Positions 12,012 through 24,062 of a stretch of 64,000 nucleotides of DNA are shown in pieces (position 1 is the first letter of the stretch; each line of letters begins with the position of its first letter). Position numbers and translations under genes: made by a program. The DNA comes from Bispira polyomma (taxonomy: Eukaryota). The stretch is taken from NCBI GenBank assembly GCA_965649765.1, contig OZ287749.1, positions 51,522,001 through 51,586,000 on the forward strand, given 5' to 3'. Under the pieces are notes generated by a model that did no database searches, was not told the origin of the DNA, and worked only from the letters and a program-made list of their open reading frames with translations.

Positions 12012-14742
12012 TAGGGCTAGATATGACTGAGATATTAAGTAATTCTTTGTGTGGTCTCTAGAACAAGCCAATTTTAATGAATTTCTAGCTAGGCTTATGG
12101 GGAAGTACACAATATCTTACTTAAAAACCCTCATACTTATAGATGTTCACAACTATCGCAAAATATGATGCATTAGCTTTTCAAATAATAATGTACCAGC
12201 CAGATAGGCCTAGATATGACTGAGACATCAAGTAATTCTGTATGTGTTTTTTCTAGAACAGACAATGTTTACTGAATTCAGAGCTAGGCCTATGGGGTGG
12301 TACACAATTATATCTGACTTAAAAACCCTCATATTTATAGACGTTCACAACTATCGCAAAATATGATGCATAAGCTTTTCAAATAATAATGTACTAGCTA
12401 GATAGGGCTAGATATGACTTGAGACATCAAACAATTCTGTATATGTACTCTCTGGAACAGACGATTCTTACTAAATTCAGAGCTAGGCCTATGGGGTGGT
12501 ACACAATTATATCTGACTTAAAAACCCTCATATTTATAGATGTTAAGAAGTATCGCAAACTATGATGGATTAGCTTTAAAATGGCAATGTACCAGCCAGA
12601 TAGGCCTAGATATGACTGAGACATCAAGTAATTCTGTATGTGTTTTTTCTAGAACAGACAATTTTTACTGAATTCAGAGCTAGGCCTATGGGGTGGTACA
12701 CAATTATATCTGACTTAAAAACCCTCATATTTATAGATGTTCACAACTATCGCAAAATATGATGCATAAGCTTTTCAAATAATAATGTACTAGCTAGATA
12801 GGGCTAGATATGACTGAGACATCAAATAATTCTGTATATGTGCTCTTTCTAGAACAGACGATTTTTACTGAATTCAGAGCTAGGCCTATGGGGTGGTACA
12901 CAATTATATCTGACTTAAAAACCCTCATATTTATAGATGTTAAGAAGTATTGCAAACTATGATGGATTAGCTTTAAAATGGCAATGTACCAGCCAGATAG
13001 GCCTAGATATGACTGAGACATCAAGTAATTCTGTATATGTGTTCTTTCTAGAACAGACAATTTTTACTGAATTTAGAGCTAGGCCTATGGGGTGGTACAC
13101 AATTATATCTGACTTAAAAACCCTCATATTTATAGATGTTAAGAAGTATTGCAAACTATGATGCATTAGCTTTAAAATGGCAATGTACCCGCCAGATAGG
13201 CCTAGATATGACTGAGATATCAAGTAATTCTTTATGTGTGGTCTCTAGAACAAGCCATTTTTAATGAATTTTGAGCTAGGCCTATGGGGTGGTACACAAT
13301 TATATCTGACTTAAAAACCCTCATATTTATAGATGTTAAGAAGTATTGCAAACTATGATGGATTAGCTTTAAAATGGCAATGTACCAGCCAGATAGGCCT
13401 AGATATGACTGAGACATCAAGTAATTCTGTATATGTGTTCTTTCTAGAACAGACAATTTTTACTGAATTTAGAGCTAGGCCTATGGGGTGGTACACAATT
13501 ATATCTGACTTAAAAACCCTCATATTTATAGATGTTAAGAAGTATTGCAAACTATGATGCATTAGCTTTAAAATGGCAATGTACCCGCCAGATAGGCCTA
13601 GATATGACTGAGATATCAAGTAATTCTTTATGTGTGGTCTCTAGAACAAGCCATTTTTAATGAATTTTGAGCTAGGCCTATGGGGTGGTACACAATTATA
13701 TCTGACTTAAAAACCCTCATATTTATAGATGTTAAGAAGTATTGCAAACTATGATGGATTAGCTTTAAAATGGCAATGTACCAGCCAGATAGGCCTAGAT
13801 ATGACTGAGACATCAAGTAATTCTGTATATGTGTTCTTTCTAGAACAGACAATTTTTACTGAATTTAGAGCTAGGCCTATGGGGTGGTACACAATTATAT
13901 CTGACTTAAAAACCCTCATATTTATAGATGTTAAGAAGTATTGCAAACTATGATGCATTAGCTTTAAAATGGCAATGTACCCGCCAGATAGGCCTAGATA
14001 TGACTGAGATATCAAGTAATTCTTTATGTGTGGTCTCTAGAACAAGCCATTTTTAATGAATTTTGAGCTAGGCCTATGGGGTGGTACACAATATCTTACT
14101 TAAAAACCCTCATATTTATAGATGTTCACAACTATCGCAAAATATGATGCATTAGCTTTTCAAATAATAATGTACCAGCCAGATAGGACTAGATATGACT
14201 GAGACATCAAATATTTCTGTATATGTACTCTTTCTAGAACAATTTTTACTAAATTTAGAGCTAGCTAGGCCTATGGGGTGGTATACAATTATATCTGACC
14301 TAATAACCCTCATATTTCAATATGGTAAGAACTATCGCAAACTATGATGCATTAGCTTTAAAATTGAATTGAATTGGTATATTTAACATCCACTCTAGTA
14401 CCTGTTTAGGTTATATTGGGACGGGTAGTTGGAAACGCTGGAGGAAACACTGCATACAGTTGATCAAGGTTCTGCACTTAAACCAGCGTCCCACAGTAAG
14501 GAAATACCACCTTTCTCACATAGGCATCGACGGGATTCGAACTCACGCGGCCCAGAGGTGAAAGACCAGTGGGTGTGAAACGCAATGCTTGCTAACCACT
14601 AGGCCACCGCGGCCCCATCTTTAATATGATAATGTACCAGCCAGATAGGGCTAGATATGAATGAGACATCAAATAATTCTGTATATGTGCTCTTTCTAGA
14701 ACAGACGATTTTTACTGAATTGAGAGCTAGGCCTATGGGGTA
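12012..14742. repeat. ~198-bp satellite, ~12.5 monomers, with a 396-bp dimeric higher-order repeat
   Basis: Anchor TAGATATGACTGAGA recurs every ~198 bp; identical ORF translations recur at exactly 396-bp spacing (12937/13333/13729; 12957/13353/13749). Confidence 0.97.
14365..14616 (-). mobile_element. tRNA-derived SINE family A, full length, inserted in a satellite monomer
   Basis: Minus strand: GGGGCCGCGG-TGGCCTAGTGG (A box)...GTTCGAATCC (B box)...(TTCAA)n tail; diverged 11-bp TSD AGCTTTAAAAT/ATCTTTAATAT. Confidence 0.9.
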
Positions 14743-17623
14743 GTAAATATGTATCAAAAATAATAATCACAAATAATATTGTAATTATATCCTACTGGCA
14801 TTATTCCTGTAAAATGATAACAAAATAAAAGATATGCACATATTGCCAAATTGTCAGTGTCCTAGAAATCCACATTTCATTCTAGAAATTAAATTCTGTA
14901 CACCAGAAATGCTGTTGCGTTCCTAAATAAATTCATATAATCCTAAGTGCAAAGAGCACCAAATCATTAAGGTGTATTAAATTGAATTAATTATATCAAT
15001 GTTCCTTAAAAAATTAGTGTGCAAATATTCAAAGAAGGAATAGTATATTAAATGTGTAAATGTATAAAATAATCAATTTCAATGTTGAATCTTTAATATA
15101 TCTGGTATCTTATCAAAGTCGTCACGTGTGTGTGTGTAGTGTTTGTAAACACGGGTATTTTTCTGTTTTGCTTATTAAATTCCCTTTTAATTTTTTTTTT
15201 TTTTTTTTTTTTTTGCTTATCTAATTTCACACTACCAATTGCACCAATCATGTTTAATACCTTTTAAAGTGACTTACAAGACTAATAAAGGGGCAGGGTA
15301 TTTTTCCCATATGTTTTTTTTTATTGTAACCTCACTATAATTAAATAAATGAAATTAATCATCTCCAATAAAAACGTACATTTATGATTATACATGGAAC
15401 AAAATTATTGCTATTTTTAAAATTATTCTTGTTTCTCAATATGTTTAATATGATACCAATATTGAATCTGTATACGCAGCCGCATAGCTTTGGCCGTGCA
15501 TGCGCATTTAGGTACATTTAGAGGAAGTAAGAAAACAGTTACAACGAATCCATTTACGGGACACCGGGTCAAAATTTAAAAACGACGATAATCACGTTTA
15601 CATTAAAACAAAAATGACACAAACCTAGGTTTTCTAATCTGATTAAATAGGATTTTAAAATGTATAACAATTAAATATTTAAATTTATTTTATTCTTTTC
15701 GTCGATATAATAATAATATATCAGACTTGTTTACGTTTATTTTCGTTGTAACAAATTCTAAGGCACAAAAACACCACAGCCAGGGCTAAAAATCATTGGT
15801 GATAGACATAAGCAAGTAATTATCAATGTGTCCACCAGGAACAGGAAAGAGACTATGGAGGGAATGCAATATTGAACAGATAGGTCTTTAAACTGTGCCG
15901 GAAGCAATACAGGGATGGAGCTGTCCTAATGTGTTGAGGAAAACTATTCCATAGGGTAGGAGCATCATTTGCAAAATTCAGAACAACTGACCAGACATGC
16001 CAATGAATTCTGAATGCATTGCAAAAATGCTTAGGTCCTTTTTGGTCAAACTACAAACCAGTAAGTTGCAGTAGTCCAGTCAGCTACCAACCAGAGTATT
16101 TGCTGCAGTTATTGCATCCGATTTTGGAAGGTACCTCCTGATTCTCCTAAGGTCTCCTCACTTTATCAGTTGGGGATGACAGTATCCTAAGAATGTTTAC
16201 TGGAAAAGAATTTGACATTTAAGCACGTTGAATATAACAATACAATATATGCCCAAGTAAAGATTAAGAAAATGATAGACAATTTATTATAGGCAATACA
16301 ACAAATAGTACTTCAATACACTTTTGTTTCTTCCCTTATAATATTCATTAAAAGGCTACAGATAGTTGTATAAAGGGGGAAATGATCTGTTAAAGTTAAA
16401 ATTTTTGCCTTTAATATTTTGGCATTAGAGCTTGGTCTCACTAGTATGTTTAGCAGGAGCCTCATCTCAACCAGAATGTACATTTTTGTGGAGACAAACA
16501 CCAATGTGGCCTCAGTGCAGCTCCCTATCTAATGTGTTTGACCTTGAAGCAAACTAGCCAGAGCATAATTTGACCTTGTAACACAAGTATAGCTGCATTG
16601 AGGTATATTAGTTTATGCCATGTTAATCTAAAATATATGTGTACACACTCAAGATATATGTTTAAGGCCACCTTACCGAGTCGAGTCTTAACTTAGGTAA
16701 GATATTACAATACCATTAATTTAAAGGTTAACTTAAGTATGCCATTCAGTTACAACAAACGTAAACTAAGTAAATATATTAAGTTAAGATGGTTTTTACG
16801 GGAGCCTCATCTCTACTAGAACATACTTTTTGTGGATGCAAATCAATGTGACTTTATTACACACATCAATGTCCTTGTTTGCACATACTGTTGATCAGTA
16901 GAACAAACTGGACATTGAGCCAGTCACCAGTTTATCGTTTTTAGCTTTTTATCTCTAGGGATCCATCTTAACTGTCTCAGGTTGGTGTCAATGGGTGACC
17001 TTCATTAGGGATATCACCTTTTTCCTTAGAATTTGGACTTTTATACTTTAGTGGCATTAAAGAGATAACTTTTCGTCCACGAATTTTAAATTAGTTCACA
17101 CTTCAATGTCTTTGTTTACTGTTAGTCTTAGTGTTATAAGCAAAGTCAACACTAATCAGAAATTATTTCTTACTGTCCCCAGGACTAAAAGCAAAATGTT
17201 CACCTTTTTGGCCAAAAATTAAATACCAAAATCTTAAGCTTAAGTCTAAAGTTAAGACTAAGACCTTTTGTGAATATCGCCGCATGCTTCACATTTTTTG
17301 GCTTGTCTACCCTGACTGGTTTCTGTTGAACTGTTGTACACCCAGATAAAGGGTTCCAGTATTGCCAAGCCAATATATGACCATCAAAACATTTGGTTAA
17401 ATTTCAAATGAATATATGTTTCACTAGGCTTGCTTACAAGTCTTTGTATTTTATCCTTATCCACTATGCATGAAGTCATTATGATTTCACTATGTGAATT
17501 GGGCCAGTATCTCTGTGGAAATACAAGTTTTGTCAGAGCCAGTATCTATTTAAAAAGCCATACTAACCTCATATAATGCTTGAGACAAAAGAATTGGAAG
17601 AAAGTCTAGTGTTTCACAATAAT

Positions 17624-17811
17624 GGCGGCGTGAGTTCGAATCCCATCGCTGCCTATGTGGGAAAGGTGGTAGTTCCTTACTGTTGGCCGCTGGTTTCTCT
17701 GCAGAACCTTGACCGACTGTATGCAGTGTTTCCTCCAGCGTTTCCAACTACCCGTCCCAATATAACCTACTAAAAGGTACTAGAGTGGACGTTAAATATT
17801 CAAATTCAAAT
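17624..17811 (+). mobile_element. SINE family A, 5'-truncated copy
   Basis: Starts just before the B box GTTCGAATCC; body near-identical to 14365-14616; TTCAAA tail; flanking CACAATA direct repeat. Confidence 0.88.
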
Positions 17812-18500
17812 CCCACAATACTTACAAATTTTAAACTAAGATAAGACTTCCCACAAAATATTGAATGGTGTGCCAAAATCTTTTCCAAACATAGACTTGC
17901 CATAAGTATTGTTTTTTTATATATAAATGCATAAGCGGTGTTTACTTAATTCCGACAGGTTAATCATATGTGTACATTTGACTTAATTAAACACACACAC
18001 ATTTCGTATTTCCTATTTTTCAAATGACACTTTTTAAAGCAGCTGAGCCTTACGTGAGGCTACTTGACAGAATATGTGAACAAAACAAATTTGAAATTTA
18101 AGCAGAAGCTCAACATGTTTGAACAAAAACTGGGTTAAACATGAAAAAAAGTCACAGACTAGACACTTGAATTGCTGTAATCAGGCTAAGTTGTTAGTCG
18201 TGTAGTCTACGGGAGTTATGGTCTACTTAAACTCTACAATGCAAACACTCTACAGTCCTTTTCCATCTAGTTTTTTTACCACAAATGAGTATTCTCCTAC
18301 CAATTAAGTTTCAATGCTTCTTTTATACATGTGATTTTCGACCATGTTGGAGTATCAAACTCTTTTTTATGAGATACTTGATTGGTTAACAGAGCAACCT
18401 TATCTAGAATTGTTGATATTGTTCATGAAAAAAACACGCCAACTTTAATGTGAAATAATACATATTCTACATATTACATTCTGCATCGGCGTCATAAATC

Positions 18501-18531
<31 letters not shown>

Positions 18532-18818
18532 GTGGTGTAGGTGTAGACAGACCACTTAACAACTGCAATATTTAAAAAAGTAGCCTTCTCCAAACTCAAA
18601 TTGACATTCTTTCATCTTCGCGTATACAAGGTAGAATTAGCCTCACTGACAGTCAAGGTATTTTCACCAGTCCAGGTATTATCACCATGGGCTATATATT
18701 TTATACTTTCCTGTTGTTTTGTTCATTTCTGTATCCAGTTTGTTTTTCAACTCTTTTGTATTGGATTTATTTTTCATAGTCCACGAAATACTGAACATTT
18801 TTGGGTAATAAGACTCTT

Positions 18819-19039
18819 GGGCGGTATTCACAAAAGGGATTAACCATAAGCTCAACATTTATGTGTCAAATATTTAATACTGCCTGGTGTTAGTCTTAGT
18901 GTTCAGAGCAAAGTTAACACTAAGCAAAGATCTCTTCTTGCTGTCACTGGAACAAAGACCCAAATCTTGACCTTTATGGTCAAAATCAAAGACCCAAATC
19001 TTTAAGCTTAAGACTAAGTCCTTTTGTGAATGCGGCCCC
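18819..19039. mobile_element. Harbinger/Tourist-like MITE
   Basis: TIR GGGCGGTATTCACAAAAGGGA / TCCTTTTGTGAATGCGGCCCC; internal similarity to 17100-17283 and (inverted) 26564-26768. Confidence 0.7.
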
Positions 19040-19224
19040 TGGACTGAATCAGTGTGTATACCTTTTGTGAATGCGGCCCCTGGGCTGAATCAGCGTGTAT
19101 ACCTTTTGTGAATGCGGCCCCTGGGCTGAATCAGCGTTTATACTTTTTGTGAATGCGGCCCTAGTGCTGAATCAGTGTGTATACCTTTTGTGAATGCGGC
19201 CCCTGGGCTAAATCAGTGTTTATA
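19020..19224. repeat. 41-bp minisatellite x5 made of MITE right TIR plus flank
   Basis: Unit CCTTTTGTGAATGCGGCCCCTGGGCTGAATCAGYGTGTATA at 19020, 19061, 19102, 19143, 19184. Confidence 0.95.
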
Positions 19225-20256
19225 CCTCATTGTATATTGTGTATATCTTATCATAATGTTAAATATCATAAATATAAATAAAATACAATTATGTGAAAAA
19301 TATGACTTTATTGTTCTATGTATGGTAATATCACATCATCTGCGCTAAGTGAAACCAACCCACCAATAAAACATTAGTTAGGAAAATTAGTTCGAAAAAG
19401 CCTTAAAATTGGGTAAAATTAGACCATCGCCTTGCAAACCTACACCCCCTAAGGAATCTTTGTACCAAATATGAACTTCCTCATTCTGATCGTTTCTAAT
19501 AACTAGCCGTGATAATCTTTGGCAGTCACCACCTGCCCAGGTGCCCATCTGGACAACCTAGGTGAAAAATAACCCATGGCCTACTTATAGGCTGTGGCAT
19601 ATAAAAGGAAAATAAATGTAAAATATGAGGGAAATGTTGCCTAATTTAAATGTAACAGGATCTTATGAAGATATTTTAAATCAGCGAATACTTTGTAAGT
19701 TGAACTTTGTACTAAATCATTTTTAGCCATTTTCAAGAATGAGCTTTAATTGTAAAAATTTAATTTCTATGGCAAATTAAAACTTTTGCTAATCTCTTAA
19801 GTAAAAATTATTTCTCAGTGAAGTTAATTTCCAGTGGGTCTTTTGAACCTTTGCAAGGCTACTGTGGCTGTCGTGTACTCTTTTTGTTTAACACAGTAAA
19901 CATATATACAACCATCTTGTATTATCATACCCACACCAGGTTGTGATATTACCACTTGGTATATCTTATCAGCCACAACCCATGCACAGTACACATTACA
20001 ACAACCAACCAATAACCAACAGTTATCTTGACCTTTTTGAACAGGCCAAATATATACATGTGCTTTTCAAGGTGCCACAAACTATAATTCTGTTTTTTCA
20101 ACGTGAAAGGTGTGTTTACAATATTCACCCCAGTATAATTTTTGGCCTCTGCCACAATATTATAGTTCGTCAATATATAAAGGAAACAAACAGCTAATGA
20201 AACACAGCCAGTGTTAGACCAGTGCATATGTTTCTGCAATACAAACAAGTATCAAT

Positions 20257-23200
20257 ATGAAAGCTTTGGGAGTGGACTGGGTACCTTTGGCTGTACCTTT
20301 ACAAAGACGAATGCAAACTGCAGCCGTGATGTTCTACTGTTCCATCTTTTTTGTACTCCCCTTTTGTTCCTTTCTGGCTGTTATCGTCTGCTTATTTACA
20401 CCATTCTTCTTTGTGTCAATCCTTTATGTCCTCTGGATATATTTTGACGCCTGCATCAGGCACACTTCCAGCAAAGGTGGCAACAGATGGAACTGGTTCA
20501 GGGCTCACACTTTCTGGACATACTTCAGGGATTACTTCCCAGTGACCCTGGAGAAAACGTGTGAGCTGAATCCGGATAGAAATTATATCTTTGGATATCA
20601 CCCTCATGGAGTCCTGTCATTTGGAGCATTCTGTAACTTTTCCACTGAAGCGACAGGCTTTTCAAAGACATTTCCAGGGCTCAAATCCCACGTGCTTACT
20701 CTGAAAGACAACTTTAAATTGCCTGTGGCAAGGGATGTCATACTCTGGCTAGGTATGTATACAGTGTCTATGCCATTTTTTGGTTTTGAATGTTGCCTGG
20801 AATGTGTTTATACGACTTGTATGCTTTCTGGCGGAGCTGAGACTGAACAATTGGTTGACAAGTGGAAGAACCCAAATTGGGGTAATAGTGTCAAAGCGCA
20901 TTAGATAACAGTTTAACAGGTAACAGGTAATGTTTATACCTGCGCCATATCAAATTAATTATTATTATTATAATATTTTGGAGTTAAATGCTAAATTATA
21001 TGATAGTCTCATAGATTATTTTTGTTTGATGGTGACTTACATTTATCTATCCTTAATAAACAACCATGATTTGAATTAAATAATAAAATTTGTCATTGAA
21101 AAATGGGGTTTTCCATATTTTTGGTTATGACAATAATTGCACACTACATATTGTGGGCACAACATATATGCAATCCACAATTAGTGTCTGATTTTGTAAA
21201 TAGTTAACATTTATTTCATTTACTGCCAATACAATATATTAAGCCATTCATTACTTATCACTTTCTGCCAAAATAGGAATGTTTATGTTGAACCAACTTT
21301 TAGAGTGCCCTTAACCCATATTGCATAGTGTAAAAATACTGCAGGTCACACTCTGTTGTGCACTTTTACAGCAAACAGTGCATCAGTCGCAAAAAATTAA
21401 CTGTGATATTTGTAGTACTAGATACATGTATATGCCACTGTTATACTATTGTTATAAAATATACTAGAACGGGTCTTAGCAGAGTCAATACTGGTCCTCT
21501 GTAAAGGCCCACCACTGTGACAAAAAGTATTAAAAATGCCTGGATTTGCCCTTATACCTGGATGTCTTCCAAATATCAAGTCAAATGTTATAGATGTTTC
21601 CCTGTTGTAACTTTGCTCTGACCAGAGTAATAAGAACTCACATTTTGAGTGGCGTGTAACTTGTAGCTGGATTCTGATCCCAAATGACATATTAAAGAAC
21701 CTTTGGAATGTGGATAAATGGTCATCCTTGAGCATTCCTATCTAGAGTAATCAAATTGACTTTGAATTCCAGCAGGCACGAAGAAGGCACTGTGCTGAGT
21801 ATAAAAGAGTGTAAATTTGAAGATTAAAAGATTCTATATAAAAGTACATTTTTAGCATAAAATATACAACACAGAGGACATGGATTGGATCCGTGTCAGG
21901 AATTTCCAGGTGCAGACAGGTGACCACTTAAAGGGTTGGATCTGTGTCATTGGGTCCTATTCCACACTGGCTAAAGAACCTTCAGGACGTTGATAAATGG
22001 TCTTCCTAAATACACTCTCTTCAGTTAAGTTAGGGGATTGACAGTTACAGTTTACAGTTGCTGCTTGCCTTGTACATTCATTTTTAAATCCCACAAAGCA
22101 AGAAAATACTAATCTGAGTTAAATGAGTATCAATTTGAATACTAATATAAATTTACATTGATTTATTTTTTTCTAGGAGCCTGTGATGTCAGCAAAGAGA
22201 GCATTCAGTGGATTCTCACCAAACAAGGTAAAGGGAATGTTGTCACCATTGTGGTGGGTGGAGCTCAGGAATCCCTTGTGTCAAAACCTGGAGTTTACAT
22301 GGTCAATCTGAAGAACAGAAAGGGCTTTATAAAGCAAGCCATTCTGTCTGGGTAAGTCTACTGTAAACGATTGCAGTAATAACTATCCAGACTCATGGTA
22401 ATTTTACCATGATAGTACATATAGTTTAAAACTTTAAATCCTATTGGTTTATATAAAGCAAGCTATTCTGTCTGCGTAAGAGTGTTACATAAATATATTG
22501 CAGTAATAAAGACACAAACTTTCATAATCAATATACACCCTGCAAGAACAGTGAATCAAACTGGTTCCTTCCTGTGAGTTTTTTTTTTTTTTTTGAATTA
22601 TGATATTTAACGTCCACTCTAGTACCTGTTCAGGTTATATTGGGACGGTAGTTGGAAACGCTGGAGGAAACACTGCATACAGTTGATCAAGGTTTTGCAC
22701 TAAAACCAGCGGCCCACAGTAAGGAACTACCACCTTTCCCACATAGGCTTTGACGGGATTCGAACTCACGCCGCCCAGAGGTGAGAGACCAGTGATTGTG
22801 AAGCGCAATGCTTGCTAACCACTAGGCCACCGAGGCCCCTCCTTTCTGTGAGGAAAGATGATTTAGTATCTGGCTTAGATCTAATGGTTATAGTAGAAAT
22901 ACCTGGAACACATGGAGAAAGAAAAGCTAAAGCTGTTGCATAATCAATCTCGCAAATCTTAGTAACATTATCATTATCTGTAGTTTTGATAGAACACAAA
23001 ATTGATGTATTTTCCCTAAGTAAACATTCTAGCATTATCTGAAGTTCCACCAGGAACTTTCTGATTACCTCCTCAACTCCATGACCACTAGACCACATGG
23101 AAACGCAATCATACATATGATTTAATATTATGGAATGTGATCTAATCTAATGTAATATAATATGTATGATCTAATAGTTATATATTTACAGGGCATCTCT

Positions 23201-24062
23201 TGTTCCAGTCTTTTCCTTTGGAGAAAATGACTTATTCAATCAGCCAGAAAATCCCCCAGGCTCCAGATTAAGGATGTTTCAGGATAAATTCAAGAAGCTC
23301 TTTCATTTTGCACCAATTGTGTTTTATGGGAGGGGAATATTTAACTACAGTTTTGGATTTATGCCCTACAGACAGCCCATTTTCACAGTCGGTAGGTATA
23401 CAAGGACCATTAACATCATAAAAAAATGTAGTATTAAATGTAGTATCAACCTCAAACTTTAATTTAATGGTTTTGGGACAGTGGTATGCATCAAAAACCG
23501 AAAAAAATGCCATGCAGCGAGTTACATATGTTCCAACATCTCTTCTATTTTTTAAGGCTGTCAACAATATATTTGTACCAACACATAATGTAACTTATTT
23601 ATAACTACATTACAATTATAATATAATTTTTCACAATAAGTCCTTCTAAAATATGAAATTGGTGTTAATCTTTAAAGTTAAACTTGCCAACATGTAACTT
23701 AACTCCCATAGACAATAGTGAAGTCATGCCATTTTAATGCCATTTCGTATTTGCAGTACATGATAGTACAATGGACGTAGATATTACAGGAAACAGATCA
23801 ACTATTTACAAAAAATAATTAAGTAATATATTCACCACCTTTAGATATTTATTCATACATGTATATATTGTACATTAACAATAACATACAACATTCCATT
23901 TTGATAGTGGGCAGACCCATAGCTGTGAAGCAGTGTACTGAACCAGACCAGGACATCATTGATAAATACCACCAACTGTATGTGGAGGGACTCATTGATC
24001 TCTTTAACAACAATAAAACGAAGTATGGAGTACTTAAAGATGAAAACTTAACTATTGTGTGA
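20257..24062 (+). CDS. DGAT2/MOGAT family acylglycerol O-acyltransferase, copy 1 (4 exons, 341 aa)
   Basis: Exons 20257-20752, 22177-22351, 23192-23391, 23908-24062 splice in frame (1026 nt). Motifs: DYFP, FGYHPHG, F-x-TEAT-GF, VVGGAQE, RKGFIK, LVPVFSFGEND, VGRPI. Confidence 0.95.
22579..22839 (-). mobile_element. SINE family A, full length, poly(A)-tailed, in intron 2 of acyltransferase copy 1
   Basis: A and B boxes on the minus strand; T16 run; 13-bp TSD TCCTTCCTGTGAG (22566-22578) / TCCTTTCTGTGAG (22840-22852). Confidence 0.92.

Larger units (their letters stand above)
1..15753 (+). mobile_element. Putative Ginger1-type DNA transposon, right portion; candidate right terminus ...TTTTCGTTGTAACA at 15753
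   Basis: Contains the integrase-Ulp1-PHD gene. The reverse complement of the candidate end reads TGTTACAACGAAAA, fitting TGT...ACA termini. An internal inverted copy GTTACAACGAA lies at 15538-15548. Left end and TSD cannot be seen, so the boundary is inferred. Confidence 0.45.

Noticed and set aside
12427-14015. Repeated 66-88 aa ORFs on both strands
   Set aside because: By-products of the 198/396-bp satellite; no splice structure or domain pattern.
14540-14616. Functional tRNA genes at SINE heads (also ~22760-22839 and ~41895-41970)
   Set aside because: The A/B boxes continue into SINE bodies with tails and TSDs; no clean cloverleaf or terminator.
12012-19224. CRISPR-like appearance of the 198-bp and 41-bp arrays
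   Set aside because: Head-to-tail units without unique spacers, no cas genes, eukaryotic context.
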